Positions 47,651 through 61,285 of a DNA stretch of 64,000 bases are shown here, in pieces. The notes below the pieces were generated by a model, which did not search any database, was not told where the DNA came from, and was given only the letters and a program-made list of their open reading frames with translations. The position numbers and the translations under genes are program-made. The first letter of the stretch is position 1; the number at the start of each line of letters is the position of its first letter. The stretch comes from Leucoraja erinacea. Taxonomy: Eukaryota. The DNA lies in the NCBI RefSeq assembly GCF_028641065.1, contig NC_073416.1:6758001-6822000 (forward strand). Direction: 5' to 3'.

Positions 47651-49253
47651 CTTCCCCCCATCCCCCCCCGCCCCCCTCACCTTGAACCTCTAACTTCATA
47701 GATGTGGAAGAGTAATGCCACAGGAGATTTGTCCTGGGCAATTCAGAACATGTATATCTTCAACATGCGCAAATGCACCCACCCATCCACTATGTTTACT
47801 TCTCTGATTTGTCTTCTGAGGTGTGGAAAGTGACCTGGCTTAAAGGCATTTTTCTCCCTCCTGCCCTGTAAGAGCTTTGTTTTAGTCCCTTGATCCGGCG
47901 TTTAGCATTTCTCTTGCTCTGCCTCACTTTGTGGTGACGTAAGCCAATGGACTTTACCCAGTGTGAAGCAAGATGTCAGTCTCTGATGTTTGCTCCAACT
48001 TCAACCTGCGGTTGGCTGCATTTAGAAAGCACCTCTGGTTCCGTCAATGGGGAAACTACAATGAATCAAACAGCAGGAAAACCAGGATGTAGTTTTGTGT
48101 GTTTCCTTGTTCCTTTTTGTTCCTCTTTGCATTGGGAGGGGGTTTATTTTATTATCCTTTCCAGAAATGGATGAGATGCTCAGCTTGTAGTTGTGCGGTA
48201 AAGATCATGGCTCCTGGTGTAAGCCAACTCCTTGAGAAGGCTGTTAAAAGTCCTGCTCGGAGTCAAAGGATCTTGTTAACAATATTGCTGCAGTTGGTAG
48301 CAGCGCAGTAAAGGGAAATATCATCAGAATCCCTGAATCACCAGCTCGTAAAACTGAAGAGGCTCGGAGTTCCTGGAATTCCCACTGCTTAGTTATCAGT
48401 TCCTGAGCACTCCGCATTTATTCAAGTTTCAAATTGTGAATACCAGGAATGTCTTAATGGGTGGGAACCAGAATAGCTGCAACTGTACTCTGGTAAATGA
48501 TTTGACTTTAATTCAAAAGGTGACAGAAATTGTTTTGAAATGCAGAATGTAGGAGTGGTGGTAATACAGATTTGAAAGATTGGCATTGCTTAATATTTGC
48601 TTCCTCTTTTGCTCATTCCTTTCTTGGTTTAAGATTTGCCAGATAGATTACCCTGGTGAGTCATTCATGGGAGGGACAAGGTGTACCTTTTCAACAGAGG
48701 ATTTGGGAAGAGGTTTGAGAGCTCTTTGATTCCTCGACAATTAAATTTGTAATCTCAGCAGCAGGTGTATAAATTGCCTTAAATGTTGCTGTGCTGAGGG
48801 AACGGCTTACTCCACATATGCTTCTCTAGTTGAGGTTGATGAATTAATTTTCAGTTTTGGTCATTTTAAAGAAAACATTTCTGATTGTTGCTTTGGGCCG
48901 TGAATTAACTTCCAAGTGTGAATGGGACAGTCCAGTTCTTGCCTCGGGCCACATTGCCTATGCACTTTGAAAGAGTTCTCCAATTAGTACTACTCTCACC
49001 ACTCTTTCTTAATAGTGTATGTGTATGCCTTTAACACAAAGTTGGAAGAGGTGCTTCAAACCTGTGATCATGGCTGGTCTTCACTCTTCACTTCTGTGCC
49101 AGTTCCCTATAGCTTTCAATTGCCCAATCGTTCCAACTTGACTACTTAAGGCAGTTTATTCCACATGATGTCATTTTGTTTAGTTCAGAGATACAGTGTG
49201 GAAACGGGCCCTTTGGCCCACTGAGTGCATGCTGACCAGCGATTCTCGTACAC

Positions 49254-50719
49254 AAAGGACAACGGACATTTATTGTCACATACACCAATTGGTGCAGTGA
49301 AATTTGAGTTGCCATGCAGCACACAAATAAGATAAACACGACACTTTAGAATTTAACATTAAACATAAACCCCCCCCCCCCCCCAGCGGAATCAACGTTT
49401 CCCACTGAGGGAAGGCACCAAAGTTCAGTCCTCTTCCTCAGATCACCCGTGGTTGGGGCCCATTGAGGTCTCCGCAGTCGCAGCTACGGCCCGATGTTTC
49501 AGGCCCTCGAACGGAAGACCACTCTCAGCGACCCGGAGCCTCCAAATCGGCCACTTCTTACAGGAGACCACGGCTTCCGAAGTCCACAGGCCGAGCTGGG
49601 CGGAGATTCATAGAAACATAGAAAATAGGTGCAGGAGTAGGCCCTTCGAGCCTGCACTGCCATTCAATATGATCATGGCTGATCATCCAACTCGGTATCC
49701 TGTACCTGCCTTCTCTCCATACCCCCTGATCCCTTTAGCCACAAGGGCCACATCTAACTCTCTCTTAAATATAGCCAATGAACTGGCCTCAACTACCTTC
49801 TGTGGCAGAGAATTCCAGAGATTCACCACTCATGTGTGAAAAATGTTTTCCTCATCTCGGTCCTAAAAGATTTCCCTCTTATCCTTAAACTGTGACCCCC
49901 TTGTTCTGGACTTCCCCAACATCGGGAACAATCTTCCTGCATCTAGCCTGTCCAACCACTTAAGAATTTTGTAAGTTTCTATAAGATCCCCCCTCAATCT
50001 TCTAAATTCTAGTGAGTACAAACCGAGTCTATCCAGTCTTTCTTCATATGAAAGTCCTGACATCCCAGGAATCAGTCTGGTGAACCTTCTCTGCACTCCC
50101 TAGATGGCAAGAATGTCTTTCCTCAGATTAGGAGACCAAAACTGTACGCAATACTCCAGTTGTGGTCTCACCAAGACCCTGTACAACTGCAGTAGAACCT
50201 CCCTGCTCCCTGATTCAATGCTGGTGACCTCGGCGAGAGATCCCAGGGCTCCGCGATGTTAAAGTCAGTGCTGCCCGTCACTGGAAAGTCAGCGCCGCCT
50301 GCGGCTGAAAGCTCCACAGACCACAGCTCCACCGTGTCAAAGTCGGCAGTCCCAACACTCAGGAGCTTCAACACGGCGACCCCGGTAAGGCATCGCTCGC
50401 TCCGCGATGGAATCCAGTGCTGCGCTGCCGCTGCTGAAGCTGGGGGTGAGGCAGCATCTATGGAGCGAAGGAATGCTTGTCCCACCTCCAGGTGGTAGGC
50501 CGCGAGGAGAGGAGGGGAGGGGCGAAGATGCGGCTCAGAGAATAGTCGCATCCTCGACCAGGAAGTGACCAAGAAAACAGTTGTTCCCTCCCCCCACATA
50601 AAAAAGACTAAAACATCTTCAGAAACAAACTTTAAAACAGACTAAAACTAACAAAAAGAATGAAAGGACAGACAGCTGCAGGCTAGGCAGCCACATTTGA
50701 TGGCACCACCACTCGTCAC
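49254..50719 (-). mobile_element. GC-rich non-autonomous Rex1-tailed retroposon, itself interrupted by a CR1
   Basis: Related to 25618-26471 at both ends. Minus-strand tail GTGTATGTGACAATAAA. Confidence 0.65.
49611..50211 (-). mobile_element. Young 5'-truncated CR1
   Basis: QRRFTRLIPGMSGLSYEERLDRLGLYSLEFRRLRGDLIE. TSD GATTCA (49605-49610, 50212-50217). Confidence 0.92.
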
Positions 50720-52554
50720 CACTAGTTCTATCCTATGGACTAGGTACAATTTACAGAAGCCAATTAACCTACAAACCTGCACATCTATGTGATGTGGGAG
50801 GAAACCCACATGATCACAGGGAGAACGTGCAAACTCCATACAGACAGCACCGAGAGTCGGGAATGAACCAGTTTCTGGCACTGTGTGTGAGGCAGCGACT
50901 CTACCACTGTGGCGGCCCTTGCTTCAGTGTAATTATTGGCTGACAGTGTTGCCAATGGGTTTGTTCATTCACATTGAGCAAATAGTCAGTTGTACAGCAG
51001 ACAGTTAAAGAAAAGAGTAAATAGTCTGTAAAAGCAGAGTTAAATTTCAAAAAATGGATGAAATGTGCATAAAATCTTCTTCAGTTGCAGCACATTAGAA
51101 AGGAATTGTCCTATTATCTTCACTTTGGTCATAATGTGAAGCCTTTTTTTTAACAGAACAAATCTCGCCTCTTTTCCCCATCCCTCCCTGATTTTTTTTT
51201 TTTTTTTTTTTTCTTTTTTTTTTTGCCCATCGTCTTAAAATTTGACCTGGTTACTAACCAACCGCTAACCAAATGTTTAATGCAGATGCTGGAAAAATCG
51301 AAGGTAGACAAAAAAAGCTGGAGAAACTCAGCGGGTGAGGCAAAATCTATGGAGTGAAGGAATAGGCGACGTTTCTGGACGAGCCCTCAGACAAAGCTAG
51401 AGAAAAGTTTTTTGTTTAGTTCAGAGATACCGTGTTGAAACAGGCCCTTCGGTCCACTGAGTATACGATGAACAGCGACTGGAAACGTTGCCTATTCCTT
51501 CTCTCCATAGATGCTGCCTCACCCGCTGAGTTTCTCCAGCTTTATTGGCTCACCAAATGTTCTCTCTTTTCTCCTTCCAAATCCATTGCTGTTTGTGTGA
51601 AAACTATAAAGGCAGCTGACAAATTTAAAAGCATGTGTTGATGTTGTGTAGGGACCTGGAATCTTTACATCTTGTCATGTGTTGGCCTTGCCACCAATAC
51701 CCACATCACAAGAATGAGTAATAAAAGTCAAGTCGCAATTGTTCCTCCTGCAAAACTTGCTAAAACCACTCTTCAACCACCCCTTGTGTTCTTGGCAGTT
51801 TGATGAAGACCTTCTGGTTAAAGTCTATGTGATGTATGTAAAGTCTATATTCCTTCGCTCCATAGATGCTGCTGCACCCGCTGAGTTTCTCCAGCTTTTT
51901 TGTGTAACCTTCTGGTTAAAGTCGCTGTGCTCTCTAAGTTTGTGGGTTGTGTCCACAATATAACCTTCCTCCAATACTACATTATGGACACAAACGGCAG
52001 ATGCTGGTTTACATAAAAAGACACAAAGTGCTGGAGCAATTTAATTGGTCAGGCAGCGCCTCTATTCTCCAGGGATGCTGCCTGACCCACTGAGTTACTC
52101 AGCGCTCCCATTATTGGTCGCTTGTATTTCCCAAATGAATTGTTCCTTCACTACACTTTTTTTACTTTCAAATATTTAGAACATTCCATGTATCAACAGC
52201 AAAAAGCAACAAGAAAAACTGCCCATGCTGCAAAACTAAAATAAAAGCAGAAAATGCTGGAAATACTCAGCAGGTCACATGTTCTGAATGTTCCTTTCAC
52301 TCCAATTTGGGCACAATCTTTAAAATTCAAAGCTGGTGTATATGACCTGTAAAGCTTCTCCAGGAGGTTGAATCTACCCTGTAACTAGATGCTCTTTACT
52401 CAAATGGTTCACAAAACATGTGAATAATTTGGATAACGTTGCATATTCATGTCTTGTAGTACATGAAATATTCAGTGGTGAAACACTAGCGTGATGAAAT
52501 AATTAAATTGGGCATGCTGGGAGGTTTGGGACATTTATTTATTGTTGAATTTAG

Positions 52555-53015
52555 TCACATAGTCATAGAGTGATAGTGTGGAAACTGACCCTTCGGCCCA
52601 ACCTGCCCACACTGGCCAACATGTCCCAGCTACACTAGTCCCACCTGCCTGCGATTGGTCAATATCCCTCCAAACCTGTCCTATCCATGTACCTGTCCAA
52701 CTGTTCCTGAAACGTTGGGATAGTCCCAGCCTCAACTACCTCCTCCAGCAGCTCGTTCCATACACCCACCACCTTTTGTGTGGATAAAGTTACCCCTCGG
52801 ATCCCTATTTAATAATTTCCCCTTCACCTTGAACCTATGGTCCTTAATTCCCCTACTCTGGGCAAGAGTCACTGTGCATTTAGCTAAGCTATTCCTCTCA
52901 TGATTTTGTACACCTCTATAAGATCATCCCTCATCCTCCTGCGTGCAAGGAATAGAGACCCAACCTACTCAACCTCTCCCTAAAGCTCGCACCCTCTAGT
53001 CCTGGCAACATCCTC
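52555..53015 (-). mobile_element. CR1 3' fragment
   Basis: Reverse complement resembles the CR1 at 17385-19198 (GGCCGAAGGG..GTTTCCAC..CTATGACT tail). Confidence 0.8.
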
Positions 53016-54134
53016 TTGCTGTTGTTAAAATGTTATGTAGAAACGAGGAACTGCAGAGGCTGGTTAACAAAAGAGAACATGAAGTGCTGCAGTAACTGAC
53101 TCGGCAGGTTGACCTGCACTTTGTGTATTGTTCAATGTTAATGTTTTATTTACTCGACACAGACGTGGTCAGTGGAAATTTCTAATGGGATGGTGTCAAA
53201 CACTTCATAGATTGGTGAAGCATTAAAAAGCAAGATGATGGAGAGCTAAGTCCATCTCCTTGTGTGAAGAATAATCATAATCACAATAACTTGCAATGCA
53301 TCCAAATCTGCTGCGCGAGCATGTGCCCAGGAGTCGATACTCCATGCATGGTAGTTGGTTTCTTTTGAAGCTGAAATCTGAGCCAGCATATCTCAACCTG
53401 GTCATTTGTAGTGAGAGGCAAATATCTTTATTTAACAAAAGCCGCAATTGATACGAAAAAATTTTTCAAGTTCAATAATGGTTTTTTTTTTTTTGTTTAT
53501 ACGAGGGGTGTAACATTGAAGTACTAGTAATGCTCAAAATCCCCACGTTTATGTTTGGCGGGGTAGTGTGGATATAACCTGGAGTTGTGGTTGTATAGCA
53601 CAGCAACAGGCCCCTCACTCATCCCCCCCCATGTGGACCATTGTACTTGTCCACACGGGGGGGGGGGGGTCCCATTTAGCTGCAAAGGGGAACTATTCAA
53701 AACTTGAGTTGTAGATTATTGTCCATCTTTCCTTTTCTGAGTTTCCAGCCCCATTCTGTCACTAGGTACGTATTTGGTAAGCATGATGTTGGAGTCCTTG
53801 TGTTCGCAATCTTAAAGTGGGACGTGAGCATCGGGGGAAGGAAGTAAATGACTGGGAATAAAGAGCAGAAGTAGCAGGCTTTTTAGTTTGACCTGTTCAT
53901 TCACAGCACTGAGTACTCTTCTGCATGTATTTTGTGGTGTTTTAGTCTATAGCAGACTTTTTTTGGGAGGAGATGGGTGAACAGGTAGCTTTGTTTGCTG
54001 GCTGATCAATTCCGCCTTCTCACTTCATTCGTACCTTTTTGCAGAGATCTAGGATCATCTAATAACTGCAAAACTTCAATACCTTTGTTTGTAGTAGCAT
54101 CGCTACTCTACCAATTATATTTGGGTTTTTTTTA

Positions 54135-54600
54135 AACAGTTGCCAAATACTTTAACTCTCCCTCCCATTCCCATACTGACCTTTCTGTTGTGGGCCTCCA
54201 CTGTCAGAATGAGGCCCAGTGACAATTGGAGGAACAGCACCTCTTATTTCACTTGGGCAGCTTGCAACCCAGCAGTATGAATATTGATTTTTCTAACTTC
54301 AAGTAACCCTTGCTTTCCCACTATCTCTGTCCCTCCCCACCCTAGTTTTCTGACTAGTTTTACTGTCCTGATTAATTGTACTGGTTTTTGACTGACTGTA
54401 TGCCCCGTTGTCACCTTCCCCATGGTTAATAATGTACCATTCTACATTTCCTTCAACTACGTCTGCTTTGATCTGTCGTTTTCCCACCTTGCCCTTCCAT
54501 ATCTCTCGAATCCCTCTCCCCTGACTCTTAGTCTCAAGAAAAGTCTCGACCTGACATGTCTCCAGAGATGCTGCCTATCTTGCTGAGTTTGTCTATCTTC
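54135..54600 (+). mobile_element. Penelope-like element 3' end: GIY-YIG C-terminal remnant followed by LTR with a decayed hammerhead
   Basis: VAKYFNSPSHSHTDLSVVGL..LEEQHLLFHLGSLQPSSMNIDFSNFK* (to ~54306). Then a pyrimidine-rich LTR ending in CTCAAGAAAAGTCTCGACCTGA..CCAGAGATGCTGCCT. Confidence 0.8.
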
Positions 54601-57117
54601 TGTGTTGACTGCAATTGTCTTTTGCATAACTCCTTTTTATACGAGCCTGAACTGAAGAATTCCCCCTTTTATCATTTCTCTTCTGTTAACACTCATTGTT
54701 CATACAAAGACTTGATCAATAAAGGCGTGCCTGAAAGGGAGAAGGTATCTAGAATGGAAATTTGTAAGTATGGATAACAAAATTTGCACAACTAATCAAA
54801 CATGGATTTTATTACCTTAAAGCAAATTGCATTTATCGCCAACACCATGAAGTTTCCTAATTTGTTTGATACTGCCAGTAACCTGACATGATAATTCAGC
54901 AACATGCGTACTGATTTTCTTTCTTAGCCTCGGCTGACTCACCGTTTTACAGGATACTGCCTGCCACGCCTTTATCTCCTTGACTCAAACCTTCCACTGC
55001 AGTCCTGCCCATTCTATTCTCTGTAAATTTGAGGTAACCAAAAACACTTCCACCTTGTATCTTGACGCACTAAATTGCACCTGCCCTTCTTCCCTATGCT
55101 TGCTAAATTACACTGGCTCTCAGTTAAACAGTTTCAAAACTTCTCAGCCTTTCTTTCAAATCACACCAAAGTTTGTTTTTTTCCCTCTGCTTTCCTTGTC
55201 AGCCCTTAGATCGTTGTGCCTCTCCAATTTTACCCTCTTGATAAACTCATTCTATCATCCAAGGCCAATCATTTATCTGACAGGGAGCTAATCTCAGAGG
55301 CCTTCCGCAAACTGCTCTTTCTTGAGTGTATGCACCCCTTCTTCAAACGTGCTTTTTGCATCTACTTGTCCGACCAAATCTCTGACCAACCCCATTTTAA
55401 TGTCATGGAGTCACGCAGTGCAGTATTGGGTCCTTCAGCCACTGAGAGTGTGCTGACTCATTTGCCCATTTAGTGGCCAATTAACCTATCGACTGTCGTG
55501 TCTTTGTGATGTGGGAGGAAACTCTGAGGGAGAACAAGCAGACAGCACCTGAGGACAGGATTGAACCCTGGTCTCGGGCACTTTGAAGCAGTGGTTCTTC
55601 ACGGTGCATCACTGGCTCTAATATCTTTTTGTCCTGCTGCTGCTAAATTCCTTTTGGCTTTTTTTTAAGGATCCAATATAAATGCTTTTGTTGGGAATAG
55701 GAGGATTGCACGTCCTACCTAGTTCTTCCCCTCCCTCGGGTTTAAATCGTATGTTGTCCCAGCTTGAATATAAAGCTTGGTGCTTGGGTTTATGAAAGCT
55801 GCTTTGCTCTGGGACAGTGCCTCCAAGTGAGCACCATCTTGCAATGGAAAGAAGGTTATTCAAAAAATTTATTTCCAGTTTCTTGACTATTTTATTTTAA
55901 AAAGTTGTCTCTTTTATAAAAATAAATAATAATCATTTGTCCTATTTGCTGTTCATGGTACAAGGCAGACAACACTGATCCATTTAAAGTGAGTTTAGGG
56001 TGGAGGCTTATCTTATGTAATATTCAGTTTTTGTTCTTGCCTATTAATATAGATGGAAGATTTTAATTTGGGCTTGCAGCTGGGTGTGGATTGCAACAAA
56101 TGAAAATAGTGCCAGCTGCAGATTTTTTATAAAAGGAACTGTTGGCAAGGAATGATGGAAAGAAGGGAAATGTTGGAAATGTACTTTGAGTTGGTACAGA
56201 GGGGCTAGCTTTGCTGTCCTCCTACATAATTGTCTTTGGAGTTCGAACTGGGCACAAATGAGCATTTCCATATTTCTGCCCAACTGCCACATAGAAACCT
56301 TTGGGTCTGAGGTTTTTTTTAATGAGCGAGATGTTGTCATGAAGCTTGAATAGCTTTGTTTCTAATTAAAGAAGCATGGGGAGTTTTTTGAATGAAAATC
56401 ACAGCACAATCTGATCCAAGATCAAATAAATAATTTTCATAGATGGATTGATTAATAGTTTGGTGGGGGCTTGTGTAATTGTGCTTTGCACCTCCACAGA
56501 CAAGTATGAGCGGTTATTTTTGGATGCTATTAATTTTCTTGCTTCTCCCTGTGTATGTAGCACTTGGCATTATGTTTGAGAACACAAATTACATGTTTCT
56601 TTTGCAGAAAACCTGGCCCTAAATACAAGGGTTAAAAGCTGTTCCCAAAATGTGGCGGCAATTTGTGTACTGTGCAAAGCTGCCCCAACCTTTCCGGTGG
56701 TTTGTGTCTGGAGACTATTCGCACTCAACTGAGATGGGACTTTCTTTACCTCGCATCACCACTCCCCAACCTCCATTAAAGGCATAGCCTACTTTCCAAA
56801 ATCTTTGTCACCAAAAGTCTGTCTGATTTATGACAGTGAGTGCTGTTATGTCAATATGATACTGCTGCTTAAAAGGCACAGCTAAAATGAATTTGACATT
56901 TGAGATTTAACCAGTGTGGAAATATTGCCCTGAAGTCCTGCCTTTCACATTCTTTTACGGCCTGAAGTCCCACAACCTGAATAACCAGGCGGTGGAGCTT
57001 TGTTCACCAGCATCAAATACTTGGAGGCTTCATTTTGATGCTTGAACTAAAATTTAACTTTTATTCATGTTGCCACATAACAATTTTGACAATTTAAACT
57101 GAAGCACTGATGTCCGT

Positions 57118-57226
57118 CACTGCTCAGTGGTTAATGCCCTCATCCCAATTGAAAGGTTGTGGGTTCAAGTCCGTCTATGGAGACTCAGACCCAAATCTGA
57201 GCTGACACCCCAGTGCAGTACTGAGA
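57118..57226 (+). mobile_element. Deu-type SINE tRNA-derived head
   Basis: A-box-like GCTCAGTGG, B-box-like GGTTCAAGTCC, then GGAGACT..GCTGACAC.CCAGTGCAGTACTGAG. Confidence 0.6.
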
Positions 57227-57694
57227 ACACAAGCCCAATTTTTGTTTTTTCCCAGTTTGGCCAATCTATAATTGTATCTACAATTCTCCAGCTCTGGCAA
57301 CATCCTCGTAAATCTCTGTGCCATATTGAGTGAGGTTCAAAGCAGTTGTATTCAAATCTGGGACGAGGGAATTTTTTAGCGGATGTGTCACTCCTGGCTA
57401 GTTTCCTCTACACAGTAATATTGCTGGAAAAATAAGAAAAACAATTGATATTTGCTGCGTTTTACTTGGACTTTTTCTTTCCCCCTTGTGCATCTTATAG
57501 CTGTTGTGAAATTTGTTGAAATTTAAAATGTTATTGGATTATTGTGTAAATAAAAAGCTGTGTTTCAAGTGTCACCAGCAGGTATCAATAAATAATCCCA
57601 ATTTTGAATTTGTGAATTTTTGAAGGGTTTGTAAATGTGGCAGTCGGTTTGTAGATTCTAGTCTCTGGGGCATTTACTTTTTCTTGAGTGAGTT

Positions 57695-57890
57695 TTTAGT
57701 TTAGGAGATGCAGCATGGAAACTGGCTGTTTGTCCCACCGGGTCCCCACCAACGATCGATCATCCATTCACAATAGTTCCATGCTATCCCCCTTTCTCAT
57801 CCACTCCCGACACACTGGGGGCAATTTGCAGAGGTCAATTAACCTGCAAAACCGCACGTCATTGGGATGTGGGAGGAAACTGGAGCGGCT
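57695..57890 (-). mobile_element. V-SINE (HE1-like) 3' part
   Basis: Contains GGGAGGAAACTGGAGC and CAATTAACCT.CAAA, shared with the other V-SINE copies. Confidence 0.7.
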
Positions 57891-58012
57891 GCAGAGAATA
57901 TGGAGACGACCAAATTCTGTTCATGCTGTGGTCTAGTTCCATTCCAGCTCAGTTGTTGGAGGCAAGGTGTAGTATTGCAGTGAGAAAGGCTGGTGTGATG
58001 ACATAGCCTACT

Positions 58013-58365
58013 TAGAAACATAGAAAAATAGGTGCAGGAGTAGATCATTCGGTCCTTCGAACCAGCACCGCCATTCAATATAATCATGGCTGATTGTCTA
58101 AAATCGTTCCTGCTTTTCCCCCATATCCCTTGATTTCTTTAGCTCCAAGAGCTAAATCTAACTCTCTCCAGAAAACATCCAGTGAATTTGCCTCCACTTC
58201 CTTTTGTGGCAGAGAATTCCACAGATTCACAACTCTCTGGGTAAAATCTTTGTCCTCATTTCAGTCTAAAATGGCCTACCACTTATTCTTAAACTCTGAC
58301 CCTTGATTCTGGACTCTCCCAACATCGGGAACATTTTTCCTGCATCTATCCCGTCCAATCCTTTG
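58013..58365 (-). mobile_element. CR1 3' fragment
   Basis: Diverged copy of 517-996. Confidence 0.85.
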
Positions 58366-58896
58366 CAACTTTACCCATCAAGGTTTGGCTCTGTGGTGGG
58401 ATTCTGGCTTGCATGATTTGCTGTACAAATTAACAACACCAAGCAGAGTCCAAGTATTTTTTTTTTCCCCTGTCAATGAGATTTGGTAACACTCTGCTTT
58501 GAGTGAGTGTTTGATTTCTCTGGATGTTAATGTAGCCATATTCTGCTCCCATTTTCTTTTGAAGAAATTATGGCAACTTTTCTCAATGAAAGGGTAATTT
58601 CTGCTTTGAGTAAAATGACTTTGCTGTGCAGTAAGGAGTTGGGGATGAGCTGTATGCTGAGCATTAGAAAGTGAAGAAATCGGGAACTGCTCAGCAAGTG
58701 CGGCAGAATCTACAGATTTTCTTTTATCCTCGGTTTGCGATAAGTGTGGAGTATATCCGACATTTTCAGTTTTTATCATAAATACTTAATGTCGGCCTCT
58801 GATTCAGACTAAGCCACCTGCAAGTGCTTGTATGATTGTAATTTGGGAAGATTTGCATATTTCCCCACCGTGAATCAGAATTCCACTGTAAAGGTA

Positions 58897-59344
58897 GAAC
58901 ATAAAAAAAGTGCTGATGCTGATTTATACCAAAGATAGACATAAAGTCCTGGAGTAACTCAGCTGGTCAGGCAGCATCTCTAGAGGAAAAGAATAGGTGA
59001 CATTTCTTCAGCCTGTGAAGAAGGGTCCTGACCTTGTGGAGTTTTTACGTTCTCCACGTGACCTGCATGGATTTTCTCTGGGTGCTCCAGTTTCCACCCA
59101 CACTCCAAAAAAAGTACAGGTTTGTAGGTGAATTGGCTTCAGTAAAATAGTGTAATTGTCCCTAGTGTGTAGGATAGTGTTCGTGTGCGGGGATCGCTGG
59201 TCGGCGAGATGCTGCCGGGGGTTATGGGGAGAAGGCCTGTTTCCACGCTGTATCTCTAAACTAAACCTCAAATGTCACCTATCCTTTTCCTGCAAAGATG
59301 CTGCCTGACCTGCCGAGTTACTCCAGCACTTTGTATCAATCTTT
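58897..59344. mobile_element. Penelope-LTR inverted unit with a V-SINE (59035-59266, +) inserted into its hammerhead stem
   Basis: TSD CACTGTAAAGGTA (58884-58896, 59345-59357). TGAAGAAGGGTCCTGACC | SINE | CTCAAATGTCACC. Confidence 0.75.
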
Positions 59345-60990
59345 CACTGTAAAGGTACTGATTTTGAAAGGGTATATGTGTGTGAATAAATGCATACTCA
59401 ATATTTTTATTCAATTTATCCTTGAGTTATTAATGTAGTCTCTGGACCTCAGCCTGTGCTTAATCTATCCTCGTCCTCTCTGTTTAGTGTTAGTTGAACT
59501 TCAAAGTAGTTTAAACTTGTGTTTTGTTTGGGCATTGTAGATGTGTGTATCTGAGCTTCAATCTGAAATTTGTAGGTTATTTTTGAAAAGCCTTTTGAAC
59601 TTGGGGTGAGTACTTTTGTTTTGGATTGATATTTTGTGAGATCTATTTGAGTTCTGACTGCTTCTAAAAATTCTGTGTTTCAGGCAGATTATAAATCCCA
59701 AAACAATGGTTCCATTAAAATAAGCTTTCCTGCAACAAGTTAGTATCACTTATCGAACCAAGCAGGCACACTATCTGTTGGTAACAAAGCCAGATTATTT
59801 GGTTATAAATAGCTGCAAAGTAACTCTTGTAGCTCACAAACAATGAGGCTCTGTATTCTGCTATTTTAAATTTGAATTTCAATGCTTTTTTTGTTTTGCT
59901 CTTATCTGATGTTATTTGGAGATGTGCATTACTTAAACGCATATAACGTTGAGACCACTTCACTGGGAAATTGGTCGGGAGTCCATTGGTGCAGGGCATC
60001 TTTATGTGGTGATTTCCTTCGCTCCATAGATGCTGCTGCACCCACTGAGTTTCTCCAGCATTTTTGTGTACCTTCGATTTTCTAGCATCTTCAGTTCCTT
60101 CTTGAACACTCTATGTGGTGAGTGTTTGGTTTGACAAGATGGATCGATTTGCCACACTGGATGCAAAAAAAAAAAAATCTCTTTGGAATGGTCCCACTGC
60201 CACCTGCAGTCCAATGAGATGGGTATTAACAGTAAAACAAAGTGCTGGAGGAGCTCAGCGGGTCAGCCAGTATCTGTGGAGGGAATGGATAGGTAACATT
60301 TTGAGCTGCTGCCTGACCCGCTGAGTTGCTCCAGTGCTTTTAGTTTTGCTCAAGATTCTAGTTCCTTGTGGCTCTGTGGGCATCAAATGCTTGGCTTGAT
60401 TGTATTCTTAGATCTTGCGAGGGCATGTGAATAGGCTCTCCAGTTCTGTACTTGCCAATGGATGTTGGGAGTATGGTAAAGTGAAGGGTCCCAAATGCTT
60501 TTTATTATTTAAGAAACTACTTTGTCAACTTGCCCTGCCACTCTTAATGAAGTGATACCCACTGATCTCTCTGTTCTAGTGCCCCCTTAGGAGTTTATAT
60601 TGCCCTTAACTAAAGTTTCTCCATATTAAGTTTCAATTGCTACTTATCTGCCTGTGCTTCCAGCCTCTCTCCATCTCCTTGCTATCTTTCAAACATTTTG
60701 TGACATTTCCAAGTGGCGTGTCCTCTGCAAATTTGGAAACAGTACTTTAAAACTTCACGTACAAATCCTTAATAAATTAAGTTAGAGTTGGTCCAAGTGT
60801 TGACCCTTTTAGAAACTTCATTGCATACATTCCTCCTGTCTGAAAAAGATATTTCACCGCTGTTGTTTAAACAATTAATCACTTGACCATTTTTTCTCCA
60901 TGCTGCTGAAGCTCCTCTATTTCATGGGCTTCATTCATGATGACAAGCCTTTTTATTTTTAAGTCCATGAACTGTGTTTACCTGATCAAA

Positions 60991-61285
60991 GGGTGGCAGA
61001 GTGATGCAGCGGGTAGAGCTGCTGCCTCACAGAATGAGAGACCTGCATTCTATCCAGACCTTGGATGATTTCTGTGTGTAGTTTGCATGTTCTCCCTGTG
61101 ACTGCATGGGCTTCCTCCCAGATCCCAAAGGTGGGTTTGTAGGTTAATTGGCCTCTAAATTTCCCCAAGCGTGTAGGGAGTGGATGCCAAAGCAGGATAA
61201 CATAGAACTAATGCGAGCGGGTGATCTATGGTTGGCATGAACTTGATGGGCATGGAGTCTGTTTCAATGCTGTACCTCCAAACAA
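60991..61285 (+). mobile_element. V-SINE (HE1-like), near full length
   Basis: tRNA-like head GGTGGCAGAGTGATGCAGCGG..GCTGCCTCACAG; GTTTGCATGTTCTCCCTGTGAC; GGTTTGTAGGTTAATTGG; CR1-type tail. Confidence 0.8.

Larger units (their letters stand above)
49177..50918 (-). mobile_element. V-SINE (HE1-like) split by nested insertions
   Basis: Tail at 49177-49253; body and tRNA-like head at 50720-50918. Confidence 0.8.
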
